DNA of 64,000 bases from Dehalococcoidia bacterium (GTDB lineage Bacteria; Chloroflexota; Dehalococcoidia; Lucifugimonadales; UBA2985). The stretch is taken from assembly GCA_965222415.1 (NCBI GenBank), contig CBDCTU010000001.1:369648-433647 (forward strand). Reading direction: 5' to 3'. This document shows, piece by piece, positions 10,118-19,024 of this stretch (position 1 is the stretch's first letter; every line of letters starts with the position of its first letter). The notes under the pieces were generated by a model. It was not told the DNA's origin and did no database searches. It saw only the letters and a list, made by a program, of their open reading frames with translations. A program made the position numbers and the translations under genes.

Positions 10118-10543
10118 CTACATCTTGAACTCTGCGGGCTCCACGTACTCCCAGGGCTCTCCGGCGCGATACTTCCCGGCGACCTCAAGGACCTTGAGGG
10201 CGTACTGGAAGGCGTAGGGGATGCCAGGTCCACCGGGAACGAAACCGCCGGCGATCATGCCAACGGACACCGCCTCGAAGATCTCCCCGTCGGTTGCGCC
10301 GGCCTCAATGGCCGGAACTACGTGGATAAGGCAAGCGGGGGAGCGATATGCCACGCCAATAGCCGTGAACATCAACTCCTTGATCTTGCGCTCGAGAGCG
10401 CCATCCTGCCAGATGGTGTTGTAGAAGTCGGCGAATCGCTCTCCCGCCTCAGGAGCCACGGTGTTTATGATCTGAAACATCCGAGGCGTAAAGAGCATCT
10501 TCTCCTTCATATAAGCGTTAGCTTCCTCTGCTCTGTCAGCCAT
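10118..10543 (-). CDS. carboxymuconolactone decarboxylase (AhpD-like) family protein
   Basis: CMD-domain pattern (LERKIKELMFTAIGVAYRSPACLIHVVPAIEAGATDGEI). GGGAGG RBS precedes the ATG at 10543, so the track start at 10693 is probably too long. Confidence 0.65.
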   Translation of the reverse strand: MADRAEEANAYMKEKMLFTPRMFQIINTVAPEAGERFADFYNTIWQDGALERKIKELMFTAIGVAYRSPACLIHVVPAIEAGATDGEIFEAVSVGMIAGGFVPGGPGIPYAFQYALKVLEVAGKYRAGEPWEYVEPAEFKM

Positions 10544-11009
10544 GTTTTCCTCCCTTTCTGAAGATGTGTCTACGGTTTCAGTTTCTACAGGCCCGTCAGC
10601 CGCGCCTGCGGTTGAGCCTGTCGCCGGGTCGCCCGCGGGTGTGCCCCTGCGGCCGAATAGCCATCCAAAGAAGTCCGGAGGCACGTCGTCCATGTCATCT
10701 CCTCCTGTTCTTTGCCCTGGATGTTCCAGCTACTGAGGCGATACCGGCCTCTCAGCAGAACGCCCCTAAGCTTTTGAAGGCTTGAGGGGCGCAATACGTG
10801 TCCTTATCGGGGTTGCCCCTCTATAGGCGCGTATACCTACAACAGGACTGGTTATCCATTTCACAACTTATCCTAATGGCGCGGAGATGGTATGTCAAGA
10901 AGTTGCGCAGCCTGTACTTTCTTCAGTGAATCACGTCACATTCTTGCCTTCAACCAATTTCCTATGTATCTTTAGACTATCTGATACTACCAGGCTACAG
11001 GGGGATGTG

Positions 11010-11273
11010 ATGGGAGACACGAAGGCGATGCTGGAAAAACAGAACGCATTCTACGAAACGATACGAGGGGAATTGGAAGCTGAGTCGTTTGGCAAATGGG
11101 CAGTTGTGTCGAACGAGAGTTTGGTAGGTGTGTTCAACTCCAACCGCGAGGCCTCTGAGGTAGCTCTCCGACTAATACCTGAGCAGGTGTGTCTGGTGAA
11201 GCACATAGGATATGTTCTCTCTGTGGCTCAGTTGATGTCCCAGGTGAGGCGTGTACCTGTACGGAATCCATAA
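11010..11273 (+). CDS. small protein resembling DUF5678-type antitoxin-like domains
   Basis: AGGGGGA RBS before the ATG at 11010. The sequence GKWAVVSNESLVGVFNSNREASEVA fits the 'GKWVAI..gevv..g.s..eA' pattern (family name from memory). Lies in an AT-richer stretch. Confidence 0.5.
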   Translation: MGDTKAMLEKQNAFYETIRGELEAESFGKWAVVSNESLVGVFNSNREASEVALRLIPEQVCLVKHIGYVLSVAQLMSQVRRVPVRNP

Positions 11274-11372
11274 CTACCAACCGTTGGTGCATGGTATTGT
11301 TGGGTACATTGACGGCATGGTCGTTCAAGACGCATTGCAGTTAAGTTCTACGAAGAAAACTGGGCTGGCACG

Positions 11373-11699
11373 ATGTTGATTGACACCGGCGCTCAGGTAT
11401 CGGTATTGGACTTGAATTTCGCCCTTTGGTTAGAATTGCCCGAAACCGATAGCGAGACTAAACTACGCGGCGCTGGCGGGGAAGAACTGGAATCTCGACA
11501 ATTCACTGCCTTGTTGCACCTTCCGGCCTGGAACATCACTGTGCCAGCGACTTTTCCGTCGTTCGATTTGAATGTAGGTCACCAAGAGGGTGACCTACAT
11601 ATGATAGCTATCATAGGGATGGACATCTTAAGCGACTACGTTCTCACTATAGATGGTCCAAACGGAACCATTAGATTGTCTTTGCCCGATGCCACATAG
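11373..11699 (+). CDS. retropepsin-like (clan AA) aspartic protease, possibly 5' frameshifted
   Basis: MLIDTGAQVSVL (DTGA catalytic motif) and IIGMDILSDYVL flap/C-terminal motif. Protein-like reading continues upstream in the same frame without a start codon, and also from GTG 11251 in another frame. Confidence 0.6.
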   Translation: MLIDTGAQVSVLDLNFALWLELPETDSETKLRGAGGEELESRQFTALLHLPAWNITVPATFPSFDLNVGHQEGDLHMIAIIGMDILSDYVLTIDGPNGTIRLSLPDAT

Positions 11700-11794
11700 G
11701 AAAGAAATGAGAGCAAAACGCAAGAAGGCTCCCCTAATCACTGGCAAGTCTTGACCCCGCAATTGCACTTCTGACCACTCGTCACCCCATCCCC

Positions 11795-12067
11795 CTACGG
11801 ATCCGCCGGGCGTTTGGTCAACGCGAAAAAGAGCAGCCAGGCGGTCAGGAGACCGGCGCATACCCACATAATCTCCTGATGCTCGATGTGGGGATGCACC
11901 ACCAGGTACAGGACCGCCCACACGAAATGGACGAATGCCAGCCATCGCATAAAGCGCGGAGCGGCTCCGCCGGCAACCCGTATCTCGCCGCCAATGGCGT
12001 CGTCCTGCTCCTGGGGCTGCTGTGGCTCAGACGGCGCTTGTGGTTCCTTGTCGTTTCGTTCAGTCAT
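11795..12067 (-). CDS. small 2-TM membrane protein downstream of the cbb3 oxidase genes
   Basis: MTERNDKEPQ... followed by two hydrophobic helices. Its ATG overlaps the stop of the upstream mini-ORF (ATGACTGA). Confidence 0.5.
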   Translation of the reverse strand: MTERNDKEPQAPSEPQQPQEQDDAIGGEIRVAGGAAPRFMRWLAFVHFVWAVLYLVVHPHIEHQEIMWVCAGLLTAWLLFFALTKRPADP

Positions 12068-12227
12068 TTCCCCTGCCCTGTTCCGGGGTGTCTTCCTCAA
12101 GGGGAAGCTTGCTCATCTCTTTCATTGCCTTGAGCTGACCCGATCGCACCACCCAGACCATGAAGAGCACCCAGAAGAACACAATCGACCCCACCGCGGA
12201 AACAACTATGAGTGTTGACTGGTACAT
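12060..12227 (-). CDS. ccoQ: CcoQ/FixQ-like cbb3 oxidase small subunit (55 aa, below the track cutoff)
   Basis: My translation is MYQSTLIVVSAVGSIVFFWVLFMVWVVRSGQLKAMKEMSKLPLEEDTPEQGRGND: one TM helix plus an acidic tail, positioned right after ccoO. Confidence 0.5.
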   Translation of the reverse strand: MYQSTLIVVSAVGSIVFFWVLFMVWVVRSGQLKAMKEMSKLPLEEDTPEQGRGND

Positions 12228-12246
12228 ACTATATTCCTCAACAAGA

Positions 12247-12729
12247 TTATCTCAGCGCCAGCAGGTACTCCACAAGGGCGTTGAGGTCCGCATCCGACAT
12301 GTGAGCGAAGGATGGCATCAGGCTGCCCTTCACGACAGCTCTCGGGTCCTTCAGGTGGACCAGGTGCCAGGTTGCGTTGGCGTGGGGACGCCGCGAGACA
12401 AAGGAGAGGTCGGGGCCCTGCCGGTTGGTGCCCCACAGCACCGGCTTCTGGTAGACGTAATCCCCCGCCACGGACTCAGGACCGATGTCGCCTGTCTGCA
12501 ATACCGTGCCGATACCCACCTCTACCGACCGCACCTGCTGGGTGTGGCAGTACCAGCACCCCTCTCTTATGTAGATATCGCGGCCCTTGCGCTGGATTTC
12601 GTTGTAGTCCACGGCGTTCTCGGAAGCCTCCGGAGCCTGGATGGCCGGGATTCCCACGGTCACCATCAGTCCCGCGGCCAGTACCAGGAGCGACCCCACA
12701 ATGAGATAGACGATGGTCGGCTGTCTCAT
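12247..12729 (-). CDS. ccoO: cbb3-type cytochrome c oxidase subunit II (mono-haem CcoO)
   Basis: N-terminal TM anchor and CWYCH haem-c site. Adjacent to ccoN with a 2 nt gap. Confidence 0.8.
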   Translation of the reverse strand: MRQPTIVYLIVGSLLVLAAGLMVTVGIPAIQAPEASENAVDYNEIQRKGRDIYIREGCWYCHTQQVRSVEVGIGTVLQTGDIGPESVAGDYVYQKPVLWGTNRQGPDLSFVSRRPHANATWHLVHLKDPRAVVKGSLMPSFAHMSDADLNALVEYLLALR

Positions 12730-12731
12730 GT

Positions 12732-14186
12732 CTACCCCTGGCTGCGCTCCGGCGCAGAGGGCATCGACTCAGTCCGGCGCAGGTTGCTGAGCACGACGTA
12801 GGCAAAGAACGACACGCCTACGCCTATGGCGAGGCCGCTGGCGAGTCGCATGAACATGTACGGCTTCATCGCTTCAACCGTCTTTATGAACGGGATGCCG
12901 CCGCTGAGCCAGTTCTGGCCCTGGATCAGGCCCGCAGCCCACAGCGTCATCATGAACACCGACAGGCCTATGAGCACCAGCCAGTAGTGCCACTCCATCA
13001 TGCGCCTATGGAATGGGTCTCTCCCCAGGATGCGGGGCAGCAGGTGGTAGACCGCGGCAAATGCCATGAAGCTGAAAGCAGCGACAAAGGCCAGGTGGCT
13101 GTGCCCTATCACCCAGTTGGTGAAGTGGACCTGGGCGTTGAAGTTCCGGAAGGACTGGGCCACCCCCTGGAAGCAGGTGAAAATGTAGAAGACGCAGCCG
13201 GTGGCGAGGAAGCGCAGGGGCACATCCTCCTTTACCTTGACCCAAGCTCCCTGCATAGTCTTGTAGAAGTTGTAGGTGAAGGCGATGTTCGGCAGCGCGG
13301 CAATGATGCTGAAGGATACTGAGAGCAGCTCCAGCCACTCAGGGCCCGGCCCATACAGCAGGTGGTGCTGGCCCGTCCACACGCTGAGGAAGCCCCACAC
13401 CGCCAGTCGATAGCTCCATATCGGGTTGCCGGACAGCCTGGGCAGGAGGTAGAGGACCATTCCCAGGAACCCCGTCGTGAACCATACGTTGAACAGGTTG
13501 TGGACGTAGAAGTAGTTGAGTATGGCGTCGTTCATTCCGTACAGGGCGCCGGAGGTGTCCCAGATGACGTTTCCTACGCCGTACACCAGCACGATGAGGG
13601 CACTGGCGGCCATGAAGTTCCACACGCTTACGTAGAGGCGACGCTCTCGCCTCCGCAGCACGGTGCCCCAGACGTTGACGGCCAGGAGCGTGAAGCAGCC
13701 CAACATCATCAGGTCAAGGCCCCATACAAGCTCGGCGTACTCTCGACCCTGGTTGAGGCCCATCAGCAGGGTCACCAGCGCGGCAAGCATGGTGACGTTC
13801 CACAGTCCCAGGTTCACCCAGGCCAGCTTCTCGCTGAAGAGGGTCGTTCGTGTGAGGCGCGGCACTATGAACAGCATGGACCCGGCGTAGACCATGGAGA
13901 GCCACCCGAATAGGGCGAGGTTCACGTGCATTGGCCTCAGGCGGCCGAACTGCAGGTACGGCCGGATAGCCATGGGGATATGGTCTGAGATTACGGGGAA
14001 GAATAGGAAGAAGGCCATGAACAGGCCGGCCAGTCCGGGGATAACCAGCCAGAAGACGGCGGAGCAGAGGAACCAGCGAGCGGCCTGGTCCTGTCGTGTC
14101 CGCGCAGTTTCAGGGGCGGGGGCTTCCGCCACCCTGCCACCGGCGATAGAGCTGCTAAAGGGCCAAGCAAAGTTCCACAAAATCAA
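12732..14186 (-). CDS. ccoN: cbb3-type cytochrome c oxidase subunit I
   Basis: 484 aa polytopic protein with haem-copper oxidase His ligands (TGQHHLLY, NWVIGHSHLAFV). Confidence 0.8.
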   Translation of the reverse strand: MILWNFAWPFSSSIAGGRVAEAPAPETARTRQDQAARWFLCSAVFWLVIPGLAGLFMAFFLFFPVISDHIPMAIRPYLQFGRLRPMHVNLALFGWLSMVYAGSMLFIVPRLTRTTLFSEKLAWVNLGLWNVTMLAALVTLLMGLNQGREYAELVWGLDLMMLGCFTLLAVNVWGTVLRRRERRLYVSVWNFMAASALIVLVYGVGNVIWDTSGALYGMNDAILNYFYVHNLFNVWFTTGFLGMVLYLLPRLSGNPIWSYRLAVWGFLSVWTGQHHLLYGPGPEWLELLSVSFSIIAALPNIAFTYNFYKTMQGAWVKVKEDVPLRFLATGCVFYIFTCFQGVAQSFRNFNAQVHFTNWVIGHSHLAFVAAFSFMAFAAVYHLLPRILGRDPFHRRMMEWHYWLVLIGLSVFMMTLWAAGLIQGQNWLSGGIPFIKTVEAMKPYMFMRLASGLAIGVGVSFFAYVVLSNLRRTESMPSAPERSQG

Positions 14187-14252
14187 ACCGCGTCATCAGC
14201 GATATGGAATGGTGAAAAGATATACTCTTCATTGTAATTCAATCGTCTACAA

Positions 14253-14972
14253 CTAGTTGTCCCAAGTGTACTCTGGAGTAGGTGTTATCTGTATATATTG
14301 AAAACGCCATTTGGCCTTCTGCTTTAGTCGGTCAAGTCCAATCCTTACCCGGAAGGGCTCTCCCCGAGAAGGGGCATTTCTCCCGGCAAGCCAGAAAGTA
14401 TCGTCGACACTTGGATTATAACGTTCTTGCAACATACCGTTTGGTAAGCACGCTATACAGATATTGGCTAGCTCATTCGCAGTATCAGGAGCTACCCTGT
14501 AGTTGTATTTTACAAATACTGTCGTGGTAAGGAAGGAGTTTCCCTCCCGCTCTATAACAACCGGGAGACCGCCAGTTTCCTCAATGCTTGTGCCGCCTCT
14601 TTGCTGCCTGATCTTCATAGAGGTTTGAGCCGTTTGTATAGTGGCCGTTCTCGCTCCTTCAATTTTTTCCGCCTTTGAGTCCACGAACAAGGCCTGCCTT
14701 ATGGAGTGCTCAGGGTGAAAAACATACCTTGCGCGCTTGTAGTCAATTTTGCCAAACAACCGCACGGGAATCGTAGACGTCCCCAGCCTGTCAAGGGCCT
14801 CTCTTGTGATGTCTTCCCCAATGTCTGCTACCAGGTCTAGTTCCCCCAGAAAGATTTGCTCTGCCGTCTCGCGAAAGTCGTAAATCGCCTGCACAACTAG
14901 ACGCAGTGTCGCCTTCTCAATTGTCTCAAGAAGGTCTAGGTCATTTTGAAGCGAGCCCGGGTCAAGAGTCAT
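14253..14972 (-). CDS. putative type II restriction endonuclease (PD-(D/E)XK-like)
   Basis: Overlaps the methylase stop (ATG at 14972, TGA at 14962-14964). Candidate catalytic GKID...FVDSKAEK. AT-richer than the flanks. No family assignment is possible by eye. Confidence 0.5.
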   Translation of the reverse strand: MTLDPGSLQNDLDLLETIEKATLRLVVQAIYDFRETAEQIFLGELDLVADIGEDITREALDRLGTSTIPVRLFGKIDYKRARYVFHPEHSIRQALFVDSKAEKIEGARTATIQTAQTSMKIRQQRGGTSIEETGGLPVVIEREGNSFLTTTVFVKYNYRVAPDTANELANICIACLPNGMLQERYNPSVDDTFWLAGRNAPSRGEPFRVRIGLDRLKQKAKWRFQYIQITPTPEYTWDN

Positions 14973-15948
14973 TCGCAAGGACTGGTTGTGTGGCAGAGCA
15001 GCGCTTTCGGGCTAGCTCCGCATACTGCGGCATCATCTCAAAACCCAGGTATCTACGTCTCTCCTGAATTGCCGCAACTGCCGTTGTTCCGCTGCCAATG
15101 AAACAGTCCAACACAAGGTCTTGAGGAGCAGTCAGAATGCGAATGACGCGGCGAGGTAGCTCTATGGGGAATTGGGCCTCATGATCCTCATTGGCTCGGA
15201 CAGATGGAATGTGCCAGACCCCACGGGACCCCCATTCACTCCACTCTTCTTTCCGAAGCCGGTTTCTATCTACCGTTGTAATCCCTGGTTTCCAAAAGAT
15301 GTAAACATATTCAAACTCATCGACCGAACGATATGACAAGCTGTGCCACTTGTTGTTTTCCCATGAAGGGTCTTTAACCCATACTCTGCGGTCGTACAGA
15401 TAGAAGCCTGCGCGGCTTGCCCATTCCTCCACAAGACCGCCTACCAGCTTCACCTTTCTCTGTACCTCGTACTTCCCTCCCCTTACGTTATTGTGCTTCA
15501 ATCTTCGGTCTATAGTCTGTTCGCTGCACCCCAATAGGGCTGCCAACTGGTCCCGGTTGTAAGTGGGATAAGCCTTCTGGGCTGCCAGCACCTGCTCAGC
15601 AGTAATTTTGACTCGCTTGTTGGTGATGTTATCGGCCTGAATCCTGGGCATCTCCGGATCGGGAAATGCCAGTATGTCGGCGATATTGATAGCCAGGAAT
15701 CCACCCGGCTTGATAATGTCAAAATGAAGGGCAATAACCTCGTCTAGCATGTCTTGCCAATCTTGGTATTTGAGATCCCGCTCGTACGACTTGCCAACGA
15801 AATAAGGAGGCGACCAGAAGCTCAGGTCAACAGTGCTTGGTCGGACTTGCCGAAGGAGATCGCGGGCATCGCCACAATATATGGCGTTGTCTTCCAAAGG
15901 GAGCTTCCCATGTGCAAGTCCCTCGGTGAGCGGTTCGAGTGTTGACAT
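14962..15948 (-). CDS. beta-class N4-cytosine/N6-adenine DNA methyltransferase
   Basis: Motif IV FWSPPYF precedes motif I DCFIGSGTT (beta order). An HTH-like segment (NRDQLAALLGCSEQTIDRRL) is inserted. Start taken at MSTLEPL. Confidence 0.8.
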   Translation of the reverse strand: MSTLEPLTEGLAHGKLPLEDNAIYCGDARDLLRQVRPSTVDLSFWSPPYFVGKSYERDLKYQDWQDMLDEVIALHFDIIKPGGFLAINIADILAFPDPEMPRIQADNITNKRVKITAEQVLAAQKAYPTYNRDQLAALLGCSEQTIDRRLKHNNVRGGKYEVQRKVKLVGGLVEEWASRAGFYLYDRRVWVKDPSWENNKWHSLSYRSVDEFEYVYIFWKPGITTVDRNRLRKEEWSEWGSRGVWHIPSVRANEDHEAQFPIELPRRVIRILTAPQDLVLDCFIGSGTTAVAAIQERRRYLGFEMMPQYAELARKRCSATQPVLANDS

Positions 15949-15973
15949 AGGCTTGAACCTTGTAAGGGATGAC

Positions 15974-16531
15974 CTAACCCACCACGCCAATTTCCGCATG
16001 GATGGGCACTGCGTTGACCATGGAGTTGCCCACTGGCGAGGTCTTTATCGTATCCTCCCAGAGCCGCCGCAGAGTGTCCTCGTCCTCATCCGACTTCACA
16101 AACAGCTTGGCCTTGATCCCGTCGAAGCCGGAGTGTCCCTCGCCGCCCAGGCCCAGGAACGTAAACACGTTGTCCTGGCTGGCGTCCAGCACGACCTCCA
16201 TGTCGTAGATCTCGATCCCCTGCCTGGAGGCGTTGAGCACGAAGCCGGTGGCCAGGCACGCGCCCAGAGCACCGAGGACGTACTCCATGGAGTTGGGCGC
16301 CTCGTCCTCCCCCGTCAGGTGGGCCGGCTCATCTATCAGGAACGTGTGGTTCCTGACCAGGGCGCTGAACTTGAAGCCGCCCTTCCATCGGATCCTGGAT
16401 TTCTTGGGCGCGTGCTGCGCGCCCTGCTGCTCCGCCACCTGGTTGACGGCTTCTTCAAATTCTTTTACGTTCAGGCCATTGACCAGCTTGGGTTCTTCCA
16501 TCGGTTTAGCTAACTCCTCCCAGGTTGACAT
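15974..16531 (-). CDS. OsmC/Ohr family peroxiredoxin-like protein
   Basis: OsmC-like core (NSMEYVLGALGACLATGF ... TSPVGNS). Confidence 0.7.
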   Translation of the reverse strand: MSTWEELAKPMEEPKLVNGLNVKEFEEAVNQVAEQQGAQHAPKKSRIRWKGGFKFSALVRNHTFLIDEPAHLTGEDEAPNSMEYVLGALGACLATGFVLNASRQGIEIYDMEVVLDASQDNVFTFLGLGGEGHSGFDGIKAKLFVKSDEDEDTLRRLWEDTIKTSPVGNSMVNAVPIHAEIGVVG

Positions 16532-16543
16532 CCTATGGCCGAC

Positions 16544-17719
16544 TTAGGAATAGGTCGTGCGCAGCTCCTTGGCCGCCTCAGTAATGATCTGGAGCTTCTT
16601 GAAGGCCATCTCAGCCGAGTTCATCGGGCGCTCCGCAAAGGTGCCGAAGCCGCAGTCCGGGTTGAGATAGATCTGAGTTGGCTCGAAGTACTTCAGGGCT
16701 TCGTTTACCCTCTCCACCACATCTCGCGGGGATTCCAGGTCGTCCGAGCGAGGATTGACAACTCCCAGGCCAATCTCCCGCTTCTTGGCGTACTTCTCGA
16801 AGGCCGCCAACTCGCCTGCCCTTGGTGTTGCGTACTCAAGGACAAGCTGGTCCAACTGCATTGAGGTGAGGTAGGTGAGGAGCGGCTCGTAGGTGCCATT
16901 GAGCAGCGACTCCTCCTTCCGACTCCAGTTGCCCCGGCACACGTGGACTCCCAGGTGCATTCCGTCGATGCCCCTGAGCACCGTGTTCATCAACCGCAAC
17001 GCCCACACCAACTCACGCGTCGGGTCTCCGGATGAGGCGGCCATGGAGGCGCACATGAAGGTGCGCTCCTGCACGTCCGGCTTGAACATCACGTTGGTCA
17101 GGACGGGCTCGTCCATCTGAACGAACTCGACTCCCGCTTCCTGCATCTCCAAGAGCTCCTCCCGAAGCACTTGTACTATGTCATCGGCCAAGCTCTCGAG
17201 GGTCGGGTACACGGCGTCCGAGACGCCCTTCACCCACATTGAGCGGGTGAGCAGGTACGGCCCGGGGAGGGCAATCTTGATGGGCTTGGAGGTGTGCTTG
17301 CGCAGGAACTCGACCTCGTCCATGGCCAGGGACTGGCGGCGGGATATCTTCCCGACAACAGTGGCGTTGTGGATGGCGAACGCCGGCGCGTCCAGGCTCC
17401 TCAGCTGCTCGTCGAAGGATGCCTTGTCCTCCACGTGGTCCATTAGCTCGGCAAGGCTCATGAGCTTCACGCCGTCCATCTTGTCCACCACGAAGGAGTA
17501 GAAGTTGTCCCGGCGCTGCTCGCCGTCGCTGACGATGTCGACCCCTGCGTCGTCCTGGTATTTCAGGCACTCCAGGACCGCCTTGTCTGCGACCACGTTG
17601 AAATCCTCCCAGCTCAGCCGACCGGCCTGTCGCTGCCTGAGCGCCTCCAGTAGGTCAGGAGTCCTGGGCCAGCTTCCTACAACGGTAACTGGGAACAAAG
17701 GCAATCCTTCAATAGTCAT
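16544..17719 (-). CDS. cobalamin-independent methionine synthase, MetE C-terminal-domain type
   Basis: FPVTVVGSWPRTPDL..., DGEQRRDNFYSF, and a Zn-site-like HVCRGN/NPDCGF. AAGGAG RBS. Confidence 0.75.
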   Translation of the reverse strand: MTIEGLPLFPVTVVGSWPRTPDLLEALRQRQAGRLSWEDFNVVADKAVLECLKYQDDAGVDIVSDGEQRRDNFYSFVVDKMDGVKLMSLAELMDHVEDKASFDEQLRSLDAPAFAIHNATVVGKISRRQSLAMDEVEFLRKHTSKPIKIALPGPYLLTRSMWVKGVSDAVYPTLESLADDIVQVLREELLEMQEAGVEFVQMDEPVLTNVMFKPDVQERTFMCASMAASSGDPTRELVWALRLMNTVLRGIDGMHLGVHVCRGNWSRKEESLLNGTYEPLLTYLTSMQLDQLVLEYATPRAGELAAFEKYAKKREIGLGVVNPRSDDLESPRDVVERVNEALKYFEPTQIYLNPDCGFGTFAERPMNSAEMAFKKLQIITEAAKELRTTYS

Positions 17720-17814
17720 CTAGGCATCTCCTTGACTAACATTCCAGAGTGCAGAGACCGTCCGTCCGTATGGCCGAAAGGCGCCTCTGCCTTCAATACC
17801 CGTGTGCAGACCTC

Positions 17815-17843
17815 ATTCTAATTTGAGACCAACGACAGGTCAA
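17815..17843 (-). promoter_or_regulatory. sigma70-like promoter for metE-like gene
   Basis: The minus strand reads TTGACC-17 nt-TAGAAT, about 95 nt upstream of the ATG at 17719. Confidence 0.45.
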
Positions 17844-17867
17844 GCGCGCGTCGAAATTCGACGGAGG

Positions 17868-18398
17868 CTAAATGAGGCCTTCAGGTATGTCCACTGTCAT
17901 GCGACCTCTCTCGATGTCCACGTCCACCACCACATCGCTCAGGGCCGGTACGAGGACCTCTTTATCGCCGAGGCGCACAACGTAGACATCGTTGCTGCCG
18001 GTGGACAGGATGTCCTCCACGGCACCGAGGTACTCGCCCTCGGAGGTCCAGACCTCCATGTCCAGTATCTGGAAGTGATAGTAGGTGTCCTGGGAGAGGA
18101 TTGGCGCTTCCTCAAGAGGCACCTCAAGCCTGGCCCCCTTGAGCCCTTCGGCATCTTCTCGCGTTGGGACGCCGTCCAGCTTGACCAGCGCAAATCCCTG
18201 ATGCCATCGACATTCCGTGATGCGTTGGGACTGTCCTTCCACCAGAAGACGGCTGCCGGGTGAGAACCGTTGAGGGTTGTCCGAGTGAGGCTGCACCCTC
18301 ACCTCTCCTTCAAAGCCCCAAGCTCCTACGACAATACCCACAAGGGCTACGGAAGGAGGGACATACGGATTGCGTGGAGGGAGTGATTCGTCGTTCAC
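17868..18398 (-). CDS. rimM: 16S rRNA processing protein RimM
   Basis: VGIVVGAWGFEGEVRVQP and a PRC-barrel C-terminus, in an rpsP-KH-rimM arrangement. Confidence 0.85.
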   Translation of the reverse strand: MNDESLPPRNPYVPPSVALVGIVVGAWGFEGEVRVQPHSDNPQRFSPGSRLLVEGQSQRITECRWHQGFALVKLDGVPTREDAEGLKGARLEVPLEEAPILSQDTYYHFQILDMEVWTSEGEYLGAVEDILSTGSNDVYVVRLGDKEVLVPALSDVVVDVDIERGRMTVDIPEGLI

Positions 18399-18454
18399 CG
18401 CAGAGAGGAGCTTTTCTTGCTAAGGGGAGACGCAGTGCAGAGATGCCTAAAGGG

Positions 18455-18685
18455 TCAGACTATCTCCAGGCTGGCCCTTGTATCTTCCTTGACTGCCCTT
18501 ACTCGAAGCAGCACACGCATGGCCTGAGCAACCCTTCCCTGCTTGCCGATTATCTTGCCCTTGTCCTCCTCGGCAACCAACAGCTTAAGGACGACCTGGC
18601 CGTCATCATCGGATTCCTCGGTTACCCTTACCTCATCGGGGTTAGAAGCGAGCGACTTAGCGATGTACTCGATCAACTCTTTCAT
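18455..18685 (-). CDS. KH-domain RNA-binding protein (YlqC/UPF0109)
   Basis: 76 aa with KGKIIGKQGR (GxxG KH motif), between rpsP and rimM. Confidence 0.85.
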   Translation of the reverse strand: MKELIEYIAKSLASNPDEVRVTEESDDDGQVVLKLLVAEEDKGKIIGKQGRVAQAMRVLLRVRAVKEDTRASLEIV

Positions 18686-18693
18686 TACCCCTG

Positions 18694-18948
18694 TTACCCC
18701 CTCAGCTTCTCAAATATACCCATCTTTCTCAGCATCATCTCCACCGGCTCTGAGGGCTGTGCTCCGTTGCCAAGCCACTTCACGACCTTGTCCTCATCCA
18801 TGCTTATGGTGGGAGGATCCGTGAGGGGATTGTAGTGGCCAACCTGGTCCACAAAGCTACCGTCTCTGGGCGCTCGCGAATCAGCTACCACTATGCGATA
18901 ACTGGGCTTCTTTTTGGCTCCTACCCTGCGCAATCGAATCCGTAACAT
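18694..18948 (-). CDS. rpsP: 30S ribosomal protein S16
   Basis: MLRIRLRRVGAKKKPSYRIVVADSRAPRDG. The ATG at 18948 is preferred over the track GTG at 18957. Confidence 0.9.
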   Translation of the reverse strand: MLRIRLRRVGAKKKPSYRIVVADSRAPRDGSFVDQVGHYNPLTDPPTISMDEDKVVKWLGNGAQPSEPVEMMLRKMGIFEKLRG

Positions 18949-18995
18949 ATTCCCCACCCATCGTTTGTGCCAGGGAAACCCTGGTTAATGTCGCC

Positions 18996-19024
18996 ATTGT
19001 AGAGACGGGCGTAATCTTTGTCAA
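18996..19024 (-). promoter_or_regulatory. sigma70 consensus promoter for rpsP operon
   Basis: The minus strand reads TTGACA-17 nt-TACAAT, followed by the leader hairpin ccaggg-ttt-ccctgg. Confidence 0.55.
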
